Of a stretch of 64,000 nt of DNA, positions 27,011 through 37,257 are shown in pieces. The notes under the pieces are model-generated. The model made no database searches and was not told the DNA's origin. It saw only the letters and a list, made by a program, of their open reading frames with translations. How positions within the stretch are numbered: position 1 is the first letter of the stretch; every line of letters starts with the position of its first letter. The translations under genes were made by a program, and so were the position numbers. Source of the stretch: a virus (lineage: Duplodnaviria; Caudoviricetes); the IMG/VR virus record IMGVR_UViG_2974624810_000001, positions 67,977 through 131,976 of that record. One strand, 5' to 3'.

Positions 27011-27241
27011 ATGCACGAAATCGACCGGTGGGAAGGTGAAGGTGGTTTGGTCTACGACCTAACACATAGAGAAAAGCTTATGACAATGCTTCGCCAAGCT
27101 GGTATTCGTTTTGAAGAAGACGCATTTGGAGAGGAAGGAACAGACAACGATATCACTGTCTATCCGAGCAACGACGAGAGAGTCTATTTCTCCTTTACGC
27201 CGGATGGTTTTCTCAGTGGTATCAATGTCTTTTACTCATGA
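27011..27241 (+). CDS. hypothetical protein
   Basis: RBS gaggtg. Confidence 0.55.
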   Translation: MHEIDRWEGEGGLVYDLTHREKLMTMLRQAGIRFEEDAFGEEGTDNDITVYPSNDERVYFSFTPDGFLSGINVFYS

Positions 27242-27795
27242 AAACATTTTACGACACTGAATTTCTAGAGACTGGACCAGACGAGCCTGTAAGGTTCATC
27301 AGTCTAGGCGCGGTACGTGAGGATGGCGAGGAACTGTATCTCATCACCAACAACCTCTACGTTCTCCAGAGAGCAAACGAGAATGAGTGGATGAGGGAGA
27401 ACGTCATCCGCCATTTGCCAGTTAAGCAGGCGGACGCTGGTGGCCTAGCATGGGATACTCAGCATGCTGACTATCATCGAGTCCTGCCCAACGAGGTGAT
27501 TGCTGGACTATGGAGAGACTTCGTCATCGACTACACTCCTGAGTATGAGTTTGACAAGCCTGAGCTGTGGGCCTACTATGGAGCCTATGACCATGTGGTG
27601 GTCAGTCAGCTCTTTGGCCGTATGATTGACTTGCCAGATGGCATGCCAATGTATACGATGGACATCAAGCAGCGTTGGGCACGAGAAGGAAAGCCTGTTC
27701 TGCCAGAGCAAGAAGCCAATGCTCACAAGGCTATTGACGACGCCCGGTGGAACAAGGTAGCATATGAGTATCTGGACGAGCTAAGAGAGGCGTGA
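27238..27795 (+). CDS. DEDDh 3'-5' exoribonuclease (RNase AS/Rv2179c-like)
   Basis: FYDTEF, ISLGAV.EDG.E.Y, WAYYGAYDHV, H.A..DARW. Confidence 0.85.
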   Translation: MKTFYDTEFLETGPDEPVRFISLGAVREDGEELYLITNNLYVLQRANENEWMRENVIRHLPVKQADAGGLAWDTQHADYHRVLPNEVIAGLWRDFVIDYTPEYEFDKPELWAYYGAYDHVVVSQLFGRMIDLPDGMPMYTMDIKQRWAREGKPVLPEQEANAHKAIDDARWNKVAYEYLDELREA

Positions 27796-28110
27796 TGTGA
27801 AAGATTTTATATGCAAGTCCTGTGGTATGTTCACTAATGAAGTGGACCAAAACAAGGCCACTAAGCTTCATAGAGAAAGACGGCCTGACCACGCTCCCAA
27901 CTTGATTACTTCTGGCCAATGGGTTAGGATGATAGAGAAGATGAAGTCATGAAGGATGAAATTCTGATTTGTGACAAGTGTGGCTTCATGGGGACTTCAA
28001 GTAAAAAGGAGTCTGAGGAGAAGCACAGGAAATACATCAAGGAACACGAACCTGTGTATGTCACTAAATCCGTATATTTCGGTGAAGATAAGTAAGCCCT
28101 TCGGGGTTTT

Positions 28111-28376
28111 GGGGATGTAAAGGTTTCGACTGGGGTGGATGACATTAGTTTGCAGCCCGACATTGAGGAGATGTCGTTAAAAAGCCTCAAACCCATAAAT
28201 GCCGAATCTAATTCCGCATTCGCTCTAGCTGCCTGACGGTAGTTAAGCGGGGCTAGTGGGCGGCCTGGCAACAGAATAGCCCACCACAAACTTATCTGTA
28301 ACACTCCCTGACACATGGCTGTGTATAGACTACTGTTTGAAGCATCAGGACGCGGGTTCGACTCCCGCCATCTCCA
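28111..28376 (+). ncRNA. ssrA: tmRNA (tag AESNSAFALAA)
   Basis: 5' GGGGATGTAAAGGTTTCGAC, tag ORF 28201-28236 ending ALAA*, 3' GACGCGGGTTCGACTCCCGCCATCTCCA. Confidence 0.95.
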
Positions 28377-28387
28377 CTGGAGGAATA

Positions 28388-28651
28388 ATGCCTAAATGGA
28401 TGAGGCTCAAGTCTACCGGAGATTATCCGTTTCATCAGAGAGTTCTCTCTTCATATGAGAATGGATTTGATGAAGGGCCGGTAGCAAAGTTCACCGCCTT
28501 CGTCCTTGCAGTCATTGTGATTGGTCTGGCACTAGTATTCTTTATTGTTCCCGCACTAATCTACTTTGCAATCAGGGACGGACTAAGGAAGCTTCGTGGA
28601 CTACGAAACACTGATGAATCGATGGATGAAGGCGATTCGGAGAATCAATGA
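28388..28651 (+). CDS. membrane protein
   Basis: Single long TM segment; RBS ggagg. Confidence 0.55.
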   Translation: MPKWMRLKSTGDYPFHQRVLSSYENGFDEGPVAKFTAFVLAVIVIGLALVFFIVPALIYFAIRDGLRKLRGLRNTDESMDEGDSENQ

Positions 28652-28947
28652 AGACAAAGATTTGGCTGGACGACGAACGGCCTAAGCCAGATGATTCTTG
28701 GGTGCATATGAAAAATAGCATCGTTGGAATTTTGCTGCTTAAGGCTTTCATGCGCAGGAACATCATTCCTGAAGCAATCAGTCTTGACCATGACCTGGGT
28801 GGTGACGACACCTCTCGTGCTGTGGTACTGTGGATGTGCGAGAACGATTTCTGGCCTGCAAAGGTTTACGTTCATACAGCAAATCCAGTGGGTCGAGATT
28901 GGCTCGTTGGTATGGTTAATCGATACGGACCTGGAGTGACACAATGA
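28648..28947 (+). CDS. cyclic-phosphate-processing receiver domain protein
   Basis: IWLDDER, ISLDHDLG, VHTANPVG. Confidence 0.8.
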   Translation: MKTKIWLDDERPKPDDSWVHMKNSIVGILLLKAFMRRNIIPEAISLDHDLGGDDTSRAVVLWMCENDFWPAKVYVHTANPVGRDWLVGMVNRYGPGVTQ

Positions 28948-29296
28948 ATGCATACATGGTGTACCGTTGCGACGCGAACTCATGGAATTCAACCAACGAA
29001 CTTCCAGTCGCAGTGTTCCTTGACGAGGACAAGGCAAAGGAGTATGCTGGGAAGCAGCCAGGGTACGGACTAAACATTGACTGGTTCGTCAAGGAAGCTC
29101 CACTGAATCCGGAGGCATGACGTGCGTGAGTACAGGGTTGATGAGTGGACACTTGAGATGGCTCTTGGACGAGCCATGGATGCCGATGGCTTGACCTTCG
29201 GTGAAGTGACTGCTATCCTTTTGATTACTGAAGGGCAGAAGCCATGGAACAACAACCCCGGTGTGTTTGAGGGGTTTGGACCAATCAAGGAGTAAC

Positions 29297-29704
29297 ATGC
29301 GTACCAGGACGATTGTAAAACCTGTGCGTGAACTGACTCCCCAGGAGTACAGGAAGTGCTATAGCCTGAACCTTAGATGGGGAGGCTATATGCAAGAGGA
29401 ACTTATGTTTGCCCGTCGTGGGCAGCGAAACAAGGCCAGTGCGGTGATGATTTTCGATGAAAACGAACGTCTCATCGCCTGGTCTCTTGTTTACGAAAAG
29501 TCTGAAGGCCAGATGGTAGCTCACTACTACACTCGAAGGGCTTGCAGACGACAGGGGTTCGGTGATAGGCTGATGAAGCAAGTTCAGCGCATCGCCCCTA
29601 AGCCAACCGTTGTGCCTGGTGAAGACATCATGAGCCAGCGGTTTTTCTCAAAACACCAAGACAATCTGACGTTCGGAAACGTCTACGCTCTCTATGGAGG
29701 ATAA
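29297..29704 (+). CDS. GNAT acetyltransferase
   Basis: RRQGFGDRLM acetyl-CoA motif. Confidence 0.7.
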   Translation: MRTRTIVKPVRELTPQEYRKCYSLNLRWGGYMQEELMFARRGQRNKASAVMIFDENERLIAWSLVYEKSEGQMVAHYYTRRACRRQGFGDRLMKQVQRIAPKPTVVPGEDIMSQRFFSKHQDNLTFGNVYALYGG

Positions 29705-29707
29705 TTC

Positions 29708-29926
29708 ATGACCACCAAGGTTAAGGCTTTCGAGCTTCGCAGCACCGAGAAGAATGGCGTCTTCAACCTGTACGTCAAGGGTGTCTGGCGTGGTCTCGTG
29801 GAGACCAGCAAGGCGGCCAACCGTAAGACGAACTTCCGTCTGCACGGTGGACGTGGCAAGTGGGAGGACGTTGTTGGTACTAAGAAGGACTTCGAGACCT
29901 TCGCCAAGGACAAGTTCTCCAAGTAA
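29708..29926 (+). CDS. hypothetical protein
   Basis: RBS ggagg. Confidence 0.6.
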   Translation: MTTKVKAFELRSTEKNGVFNLYVKGVWRGLVETSKAANRKTNFRLHGGRGKWEDVVGTKKDFETFAKDKFSK

Positions 29927-29948
29927 ACGCCCGGCCCGAAAGGGTCAT

Positions 29949-30021
29949 TGTCACATAGCTTAATGGGCAAAGCAGTCTAAGGCCATAGACGATGTGAGTT
30001 CAAGTCTCACTGTGACAGCCA
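29949..30021 (+). ncRNA. tRNA-like RNA with 6-nt anticodon loop
   Basis: Complete acceptor, D and T arms and encoded CCA; gtcta-AGGCCA-tagac. Confidence 0.6.
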
Positions 30022-30096
30022 GTCAATTAGACTTCATAACCATTCTCCTGCTATACTAGGTCTGCCTAATCCATCAGAGGCAGGAGGATTGATTAA

Positions 30097-30522
30097 ATGG
30101 ATTTTGTAGAACATTTGGGCTACCAATACCTCACTGACCTTCTGACGGAAATCCGCGTAGGCCAGCAGGGATTGGAGGAAAGAATGGCAGACCTAACAAC
30201 TGAGGTTGCAAACCTCCGTGAGGCAGTAAGCGGTGTTAGCGCACGTGTGGATGCTCTTGTTGGACCACTAACGGACGCCGTTAGAGAGGCACAGGAAGCA
30301 CTTGCAGCAGAGCGTCAGGCAGCAGCAGACCTTGCAGCAGCAGAAGACGCCGAGGACGTAGCGCAGAACCAGGCTCTAGCAGATGCTCAGGCAGCAACTG
30401 ACGCAGCTCTAGCAAATGCTCAGAGCGCAGCAGATGAAATCAACGCTGAGACTGCACGCCTAAACGCAATTGCCCAGCCAGCAGCTCCAGAGGAGCCAAC
30501 AGAGCCACCTGTAGAAGGCTAA
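30097..30522 (+). CDS. Ala-rich coiled-coil protein
   Basis: Composition; RBS ggagg. Confidence 0.65.
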   Translation: MDFVEHLGYQYLTDLLTEIRVGQQGLEERMADLTTEVANLREAVSGVSARVDALVGPLTDAVREAQEALAAERQAAADLAAAEDAEDVAQNQALADAQAATDAALANAQSAADEINAETARLNAIAQPAAPEEPTEPPVEG

Positions 30523-30581
30523 AGTCTACAGAGGAGTTGACAGCCCCTTCAAGTCTCATGTAGACTAGCTGTCATAAGCAT

Positions 30582-30711
30582 GGCCCCAAGAGGCAGCCAG
30601 TGGTCACCGGGATGCATACCGCCCATTGGACCTTATCTGGGTACCACGTCTATGCAACCGACGGGTTGAGCCCATAGGCAATGGGGAGGGTTCGAATCCC
30701 TCTGGGGTCCA
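30582..30711 (+). ncRNA. tRNA-like RNA with large branched insert
   Basis: ggcccca/tggggtc plus T-arm gagggTTCGAATccctc; own promoter TTGACA-N18-TAGACT at 30537. Confidence 0.55.
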
Positions 30712-30807
30712 CTATAATGTCAATTATCAATTCGAAGAGTGGAAGGAGCGTAATGATTTACGACCCTGGTTAGTGTAACTACACTAACTTTGAAGGAGTG
30801 AATTATT

Positions 30808-31110
30808 ATGGCAACTGGCAAGGAGCGCGGATTCAAGGACTGGAAGGGCTCCAAGGAGTTCCGTCGCAGTGCTCGAAACTACACCGAATCCGACGCTATC
30901 AAGGGACACCCCAAGCGTAAGAACACCAAAAAGTGGTGCAAAGGCAAGGAGGGACGCAAACACAAGCTTGCTCTTTTCAACAAGTACACTTGGCGTCACG
31001 GTTACAAGTGCCTTGCTTGTGGCAAGGAGATTCTTGGGCGCATCAAGTCTGAGAACCGTGACGACTACGACTTTGTTCTTTCCAAGGACGAGTGGGGATA
31101 CGGAGGATAA
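30808..31110 (+). CDS. basic hypothetical protein
   Basis: KKWCKGK.GR.H, CLACG. Confidence 0.6.
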   Translation: MATGKERGFKDWKGSKEFRRSARNYTESDAIKGHPKRKNTKKWCKGKEGRKHKLALFNKYTWRHGYKCLACGKEILGRIKSENRDDYDFVLSKDEWGYGG

Positions 31111-31373
31111 AATTGGCCGGTAACAAGAACAGCCGTAAGAAGTGGCTTTGCCTTGACTGTCAGGTAGACACTGGCAAGATTGGGGAACACTTCTTTCTCA
31201 TCAATGAAGTCTGGTCCTTGACAGGGCTTGGACACAAGGGTATGCTCTGTGTAGAGCACGTTGAGAAACGAATCGGCAGGCGTCTTGTTCCGGCCGATTT
31301 TTCGTCCGCCTACATCAATCGCTTGAACTTCGGGTTCAAGTCTGATAGGCTCATGGAGAGGTTGAAGAAGTGA
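31092..31373 (+). CDS. Zn-finger hypothetical protein
   Basis: CLDC...LC..HVE.RIGRRL...DF. Confidence 0.6.
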   Translation: MGIRRIKLAGNKNSRKKWLCLDCQVDTGKIGEHFFLINEVWSLTGLGHKGMLCVEHVEKRIGRRLVPADFSSAYINRLNFGFKSDRLMERLKK

Positions 31374-31552
31374 AGTGGCTGAAGCTCCTTCAGAAGAAGG
31401 AAAATAGTCAGGAGCAGCCTGAGAATCCAGGAATCAGCATAGATGACATTCTGAACATTCCAGGGATTGACGATGAAATCGACCGGTGTGTTTGTGCGGA
31501 AGATTTCCTGGCACTGCTCGAAAAGCATCGATAAAAACAACTAGGAGGACCG

Positions 31553-32653
31553 ATGAAGTTCACCAAGATTTTCTCTCAGGACTTGCTTGACCAGATGGTC
31601 AACGAGGGCTTTGTTCGGGTGCAGATTCATCCGGTTCTCCCTCTGCGAATTCTGAACTATTCTGAGAAGGCTCAGTTCGCTGGCAAGTGGAATGCATGTA
31701 CGCTTGCTTGCCGGGGCCTTATCGTTGACGAGTTTGACAACGTCATTGCTCGTCCGTTTGAGAAGTTCTTCAACATGGGGGACTCTCACGCTGCTGACAT
31801 TGACTGGGATGCTCCGGTTGAGGTGACGGACAAGAAGGACGGCTCTATGGGCATCCTTTACTCTGTAATGCCTTACAACGACGCGATTCCGCCTTACGGA
31901 TTCCAGTACGGAATGGCTACGCGAGGCTCCTTCCAGTCAGACCAGGCAATTCACGCTACTAAGCTATGGCTTGAGCGCTACAAGAACACTGCCGTGCCTC
32001 ACGACTGGACATTCATTTTCGAGATTGTCTACCCTGACAACCGAATCGTCCTGGACTACGGAGACATGGATGACCTCATTCTCTTGGGTGCGGTCAACAA
32101 GGAGCACGGTTACGTGTACGGTCCTCGCGAGGCTGCGGCTTTGCTGGATTGGCAGGGACCTGTGACTGAGGTGTTTGATTACAAGAACATTCACGAGGCT
32201 GTTGGTGCACCTTACCGCAGCAATGCTGAGGGTCTTGTAATCCGCTCTGGTAGCAAGATGGTCAAGCTGAAGCAGGCTGACTATGTCGAGCTTCACCGAT
32301 TGATTTCAATGCTTTCTGAGCGCTCTGTATGGAGTCAGCTCACTGAGGGCAAGACGATTCTGGAGATTTGTGAGGCTCTGCCTGACGAGTTCCACCAGTT
32401 CGTCAGGGATGTTGGTGGAAAGCTACTCAGTGACTTCGAGGCAATTGAGATTAAGGTACGTGGAATCTTCCACAACCTTCTTTCCTCAATGCCAGAGGGC
32501 TTCACTCGTCGTGACTTCGCAATGAAGGCCAACGGTGTTGACCTCTATCGCAGCCACATGTTCAACCTGCTTGACGGCAAGAGCATCGATGAGCTAATCT
32601 GGAAGCAGCTAAAGCCCGCTGCAAAGACTGAGGATGGCTACCTAAAGGGGTAG
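31553..32653 (+). CDS. RNA ligase, T4 Rnl1 family
   Basis: CRGLI, RPFEKFFN, motif I KKDGS, FEIV, EGLV, KLK. Confidence 0.9.
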   Translation: MKFTKIFSQDLLDQMVNEGFVRVQIHPVLPLRILNYSEKAQFAGKWNACTLACRGLIVDEFDNVIARPFEKFFNMGDSHAADIDWDAPVEVTDKKDGSMGILYSVMPYNDAIPPYGFQYGMATRGSFQSDQAIHATKLWLERYKNTAVPHDWTFIFEIVYPDNRIVLDYGDMDDLILLGAVNKEHGYVYGPREAAALLDWQGPVTEVFDYKNIHEAVGAPYRSNAEGLVIRSGSKMVKLKQADYVELHRLISMLSERSVWSQLTEGKTILEICEALPDEFHQFVRDVGGKLLSDFEAIEIKVRGIFHNLLSSMPEGFTRRDFAMKANGVDLYRSHMFNLLDGKSIDELIWKQLKPAAKTEDGYLKG

Positions 32654-33195
32654 CCACCTCCTTATCAAGGAGAAATAAAAGTAATGTCTGACGCTACTCG
32701 TACTGCCGATGAAGCCGCTTCTAACGCCAAGCTGATTGCTGTGGCTGTGTGGACCTGGCTGTCTACTCATCCTGCGGTTCTTGCTGTTGCATCATTCCTT
32801 GTTGGTTTCGGCATTGGCTAAACCATGAGGAATGTATTTCGGGCGGCAGCTCAGAAGGCTGTTAGTCAGGGTATATGTACACCAGGTATCGGCTGTGGAC
32901 AGCCAATCCGAGAGGAAGACTTCACAGATGATGTGTCTCGAAGAGAGGCAAAAATCTCAGGTCTCTGTCAGTCCTGTCAAGATAGGGTGTACGCACTCAT
33001 TGACGACGAGGATGGGTGAAGAAGCCTTTAGGTGTTCTGAGTGCCAGTATCAGTTTCCGTATCATGCGGATAACTGTTCGTACAATATGAACAACAAATA
33101 ACATCGGGCCCCTCGGGGCCCTTTGTTGCGTCTAGGGGTTGACACGCCCTGACGCATCGACTAGAGTAGAGCTAACAACAACGAAAGGAAACAAG

Positions 33196-34101
33196 ATGAC
33201 ACAGCTTCTCATCCTCCGGGGCGTTCCTGGATGTGGAAAGTCCACTTTTGCTCACCAGTGGCTCAAGGAAGGTGAGCGGCGTGCTCGTGTAAACCGTGAT
33301 GACATCCGTATGCAGTTCTTCGGCAAGGAGACTGGTGTGGATGAGGACATGGTTACCAAGATTGAGCATCAGCAGATTGACACTCTGCTCAAGTCTGGCT
33401 ACTCTGTGGTTGTCGATGACACCAACATCAGGTTCCAGTACATCTCAGCTTTCGTTAAGATTGCTGCGAAGCACGGTGTGCCTGTTGCGGTAAAGCAGTT
33501 CGATGTTGACCTTGCTACGGCTTACGCACAAAACGCTAAGCGTGCTGCGGCTGGTGGTAGGGATGTTCCTGAGCACGTCATCAAGAAGATGCACATGTCT
33601 CTCAAGTCTTCTGGTCAGTACACTCGGAAGCACATTGAGGATGCTTGGGGAACTTCTCAGTCTGTCCAGCCTTACGTTCGGCCGGTAGGCAAGCGAAAGG
33701 TTTACCTCTTTGACATCGACGGCACCCTTGCTCAGATGTCTGACAGGTCTCCTTTTGAGTGGAGCAAGGTTGGCAACGACGACCCTCGTCGTCAGGTCAT
33801 TCTGACTGCCCAGGCTCTTGCTGAGGCGGGTTACGACATTGTTGTTATGAGCGGTCGAGACTCTGTCTGCCGTGAAGACACAATTGCGTGGCTGGACTTT
33901 TACGGCATTCCTTTTGTTGACCTCTTCATGAGGGCAAAAGGTGACATGCGTAAGGACAACATCGTCAAGCAAGAGCTGTTTGACAAGCACATTCGTGACT
34001 TCTACGATGTTGTGGCTGTCTTTGACGACCGGCAGCAGGTGGTTGACATGTGGCGTGCGATGGGCGTAGACTGCTTCCAGGTCGCGCCGGGAGATTTCTG
34101 A
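33196..34101 (+). CDS. pnk: polynucleotide kinase/3'-phosphatase (T4 Pnkp-like)
   Basis: GVPGCGKST, RDDIR, HAD DIDGT, SGR, FDDR. Confidence 0.92.
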   Translation: MTQLLILRGVPGCGKSTFAHQWLKEGERRARVNRDDIRMQFFGKETGVDEDMVTKIEHQQIDTLLKSGYSVVVDDTNIRFQYISAFVKIAAKHGVPVAVKQFDVDLATAYAQNAKRAAAGGRDVPEHVIKKMHMSLKSSGQYTRKHIEDAWGTSQSVQPYVRPVGKRKVYLFDIDGTLAQMSDRSPFEWSKVGNDDPRRQVILTAQALAEAGYDIVVMSGRDSVCREDTIAWLDFYGIPFVDLFMRAKGDMRKDNIVKQELFDKHIRDFYDVVAVFDDRQQVVDMWRAMGVDCFQVAPGDF

Positions 34102-34201
34102 GACTGGCGGGCCTTCGGGTCCGCCCTTCTTGGGTAGAAGGGCTTGACAGCACCAACTGAGTCCGATAGAGTAGTACCAACAACAACGACGAAGGGTCGA
34201 A

Positions 34202-34672
34202 ATGAACAAGAACACGCTCATCCCCGCCACTATCGCTTCTGCTGTGGTTGGTGCGCTTATGCTCACTGGCTGTTCTCAGGAACCGAGTGATGGTTTCAAG
34301 GAACGGTGTAAGGAAGCTGAGGGAACCATCGAGCGCGAAAATGACAATACCCTGGGAATGAGTCCGGTTGGTTTCGGTGTTCCGAAGCCGCCTGCGCCTG
34401 CTAAGCCTGCGGCTCCTGCTCCCAAGGCTCCTGCTGCTCCGAAGCCTGCTCAGAAGGCTCCGAAGGTAGAGGTTCCAAAGACTCCGAAGCTTCCCAAGAA
34501 TGACGCTCCGAAGTCTGACAAGACCAGGACTCCTAGGTCTACGGTGACTCAGACTCCGAACAGCAACGGTCTGGCCTTCGGCAAGTCCAAGAAGCGGAAG
34601 TCCAAGAAGGCTGACGACAACGACTTCCTTTGTGTAAAGGATGGCGAACTGCTCTTCGAGGAGGACGAGTAA
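34202..34672 (+). CDS. Pro/Lys-rich lipoprotein
   Basis: Lipobox LTGC, PAK repeats. Confidence 0.7.
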   Translation: MNKNTLIPATIASAVVGALMLTGCSQEPSDGFKERCKEAEGTIERENDNTLGMSPVGFGVPKPPAPAKPAAPAPKAPAAPKPAQKAPKVEVPKTPKLPKNDAPKSDKTRTPRSTVTQTPNSNGLAFGKSKKRKSKKADDNDFLCVKDGELLFEEDE

Positions 34673-34688
34673 AATATGGGAATTACTG

Positions 34689-34856
34689 ATGGCTAACAAC
34701 AAATACAAAGAGAAAGACCGTGTCGAATTCACACGCGGCCCATACGATGGTCGTAAGGGTACGGTCAAGTTTGTAACGGCTCATGGAAAGCTCCTGGTTG
34801 ACCTGGGAGATGGCAGTGATGTATACTGTAATCCTGAAGACGTTAAGCCTGCGTGA
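34689..34856 (+). CDS. small KOW-motif protein
   Basis: DRVEFTRGPYDGRKGTV. Confidence 0.65.
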   Translation: MANNKYKEKDRVEFTRGPYDGRKGTVKFVTAHGKLLVDLGDGSDVYCNPEDVKPA

Positions 34857-34867
34857 GCAGGCACCAT

Positions 34868-34949
34868 GCGCTCATGGTGGAATGGCAGACACACTAGACT
34901 GAGACTCTAGGCCCTTAAGGGCGTCCGGGTTCGACTCCCGGTGGGCGTA
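34868..34949 (+). tRNA. tRNA-Leu(GAG)
   Basis: ctaga-ctgagac-tctag. Confidence 0.9.
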
Positions 34950-34956
34950 CGTGAAA

Positions 34957-35142
34957 ATGGGAAGCAGAGTACGAGTAAAGTATTTCGTAGAGCGTGGCGT
35001 GGACTATTCTGGAAAGAAGGGCCAAGCACTCTCAAAGGAAAGGGGCAATAAGTGGGGTGTACGAATTGATGGTCGTTCAGGTCGCAATCTCGTAATCCCT
35101 GCGAACCAACTGGAAGAAATTCCCTGGGAAGAAGGAGAGTAG
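34957..35142 (+). CDS. small KOW/SH3-like protein
   Basis: GSRVRV...YSGKKG. Confidence 0.5.
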   Translation: MGSRVRVKYFVERGVDYSGKKGQALSKERGNKWGVRIDGRSGRNLVIPANQLEEIPWEEGE

Positions 35143-35351
35143 ATGTTGCTTTCGATTGTCTTGGGAATTACGATTCCTCTGGCGCTATTTGCAATCATCG
35201 TTCTCATCGTCTGTTTCTCGAATGGATTCGGTATTTAGGAGGCAGATGTGCTAGGATTTGCATTGGGCGTTATAGTTGGCGCGGTAGTCATAGTGGCTAT
35301 CATCGTCAGACTAGTCCGTAAGTCTGGTGAGTCTTGGTGGTAAGACTCTAA

Positions 35352-35422
35352 ACCCGCTTAGCTCAATGGTAGAGCGCTTGTTCGACACACAAGAGACGTG
35401 AGTTCGATTCTCTCAGTGGGTA
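35352..35422 (+). tRNA. tRNA-Val(GAC)
   Basis: cttgt-tcgacac-acaag (C33). Confidence 0.8.
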
Positions 35423-35445
35423 CTCCCAATAAAAAGGAATAAAAG

Positions 35446-35868
35446 ATGAATAACAAGAGGGTTGCTCTTGCTCTAGCCAGTGTTGCTCTGCTTGCGGGTG
35501 GTCTTACCGCATGCACTGAGGATGACGCTGACGTAGCCTCTGAGAATGTCTCTAAGGCTGCTGACAACTTTGAGGTTCAGCGACGAATCGTGTTCTTCAA
35601 TGGCATCACAGACAAGTATCTTCTTACAATTGAGGGTCCCTGTTCAATTGATGCAGAACCTAAGCAGCTTGAGGTAATCTGCAAGGTTGGCAAGAGCAAG
35701 TACAAGAAGCACTTCCTTGGTCTCTCCAACAACGTTTCTTATTTCGTCGAGCAGGGAGAGCCTGTAGAGGCGAGTGCGTATCATTACCGAGTTACGTTCA
35801 AGCCTCAGACGATTCTTCCTGATGTTGATTTCCGAGGAAGCACGTCTGACGGTCCGAAGGACCAGTAA
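35446..35868 (+). CDS. conserved phage lipoprotein
   Basis: Lipobox LTAC; ADNFEV.RRIVFFNGITD. Confidence 0.75.
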   Translation: MNNKRVALALASVALLAGGLTACTEDDADVASENVSKAADNFEVQRRIVFFNGITDKYLLTIEGPCSIDAEPKQLEVICKVGKSKYKKHFLGLSNNVSYFVEQGEPVEASAYHYRVTFKPQTILPDVDFRGSTSDGPKDQ

Positions 35869-35893
35869 GTTCGGTGGCCGAAAGGCCACACAT

Positions 35894-35967
35894 GGCCCTG
35901 TAGCAGAATGGCATATGCGGTTCCCTCAAAAGGAATGTCAATGTGGGTTCGAGTCCCATCAGGGCTA
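35894..35967 (+). tRNA. tRNA-Leu(CAA)
   Basis: gttcc-ctcaaaa-ggaat. Confidence 0.85.
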
Positions 35968-35968
35968 C

Positions 35969-36190
35969 ATGGAATATAAGGTATCAGAACCGCCAGAAGG
36001 ATATACGTGGTCAGCAACAGATGTTGATGACCCAATGTGGGGTAAGGAAGGCAAGACTCTTACTCTGATTCTCTACAAGGACGGTAAGGAAGTGGAGCGA
36101 AGGGGTGTGTTCGTCCCTAAGAATAGGGAGAATGAAGCGCAGGCATTCCTGACCGGCATGGAAAACAGCATTCGCATGGGCCTCAAGTGA
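35969..36190 (+). CDS. hypothetical protein
   Basis: ORF between tRNAs. Confidence 0.5.
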   Translation: MEYKVSEPPEGYTWSATDVDDPMWGKEGKTLTLILYKDGKEVERRGVFVPKNRENEAQAFLTGMENSIRMGLK

Positions 36191-36197
36191 GGCTTCT

Positions 36198-36280
36198 GGA
36201 AGGTAAGCGAGGGGTCTCGCAGGTTGGTTGCTAACCAACTGGACTGTAAAAGGTCCGGGGTTCGAATCCTCTGCCTTCCG
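36198..36280 (+). tRNA. tRNA-Ser(GCT)
   Basis: gttgg-ttgctaa-ccaac, variable arm. Confidence 0.85.
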
Positions 36281-36610
36281 CGTGTATTACATTAACTGCT
36301 CACGATGTGGACCACATATGGCAACTTCAGATTATATGGAGGATGGTGTATGTGGTCCATGTCTTTTGGTTGAAGTTACTGAAGAACTAGGACTTTATGA
36401 AGGGAGGACAATTGAAGAAGAAGTGGATTTCGCCCGGCACGAGATTGATGGACCGAGCGTACATGAGGGACCGTAGTGGCAATGTACATACGGGAGAAGC
36501 CCTTTTGCTAGCTCTGCTATTGCATGCAAAGGGAAAGACCAAGCGAGGTCAGGAAGAAATGACTGAGGTTGGTAAGATTATGAAGGACCACAATCTACCA
36601 AAGGAGAACC

Positions 36611-37000
36611 GTGGCAAGCGGAGAAGGACCAAAGTTCGTTAGTTATTATGAGTGGTGGTACCAGGACATTCAAGAGTTTGTCAAAAAGCTTTGGGGTCCA
36701 AAGGCAGTTTGGGAAGGTGGAGCTGCAATGGGCTTCCCTGCTCAGAACACCTATGATGACGTTGAAGTTACTGGCGGATACATCGATGAAGGTATTGACA
36801 GCAATGGTAAGACAATTACCACTCGCTGGATGGACGAGGCTCACACTTACGATGAAGCCAAGGAGCTTCTTGAGAACTTCAAGAGGAATGGCATGCCTCG
36901 TGAAGAGTACGCTGACCCCGGCCTTGAATTGCTTCTTAACTGGCTGGCATTCGAGGAGCACATTCCTACTGGCAATTACCGAGTGACGGTGCATTGGTAA
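36611..37000 (+). CDS. hypothetical protein
   Basis: RBS aaggag. Confidence 0.6.
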   Translation: MASGEGPKFVSYYEWWYQDIQEFVKKLWGPKAVWEGGAAMGFPAQNTYDDVEVTGGYIDEGIDSNGKTITTRWMDEAHTYDEAKELLENFKRNGMPREEYADPGLELLLNWLAFEEHIPTGNYRVTVHW

Positions 37001-37257
37001 TGGGATGGGCAGGCGGAACAAGCTACTTTGACGGACCTCTAGACCTCATGCTAGAGTATGTCCCAGAAGACAAGCGCAAGGAAGTCATCGAGAAGCTGTA
37101 CTGGGAAATCAGAGATGGTGACTGGGATACAGTGGATGAGTCTGCATACTTCAATTTGCTTGTGAAGTATGACATTGATGGCTATGGGGAATACAAGAAT
37201 GACCCTGACTACCTTGAACAACTAAACGAAGAGGAATTGGCAGAACTCAATGAGTAA
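37000..37257 (+). CDS. hypothetical protein
   Basis: TAATG coupling. Confidence 0.6.
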   Translation: MGWAGGTSYFDGPLDLMLEYVPEDKRKEVIEKLYWEIRDGDWDTVDESAYFNLLVKYDIDGYGEYKNDPDYLEQLNEEELAELNE

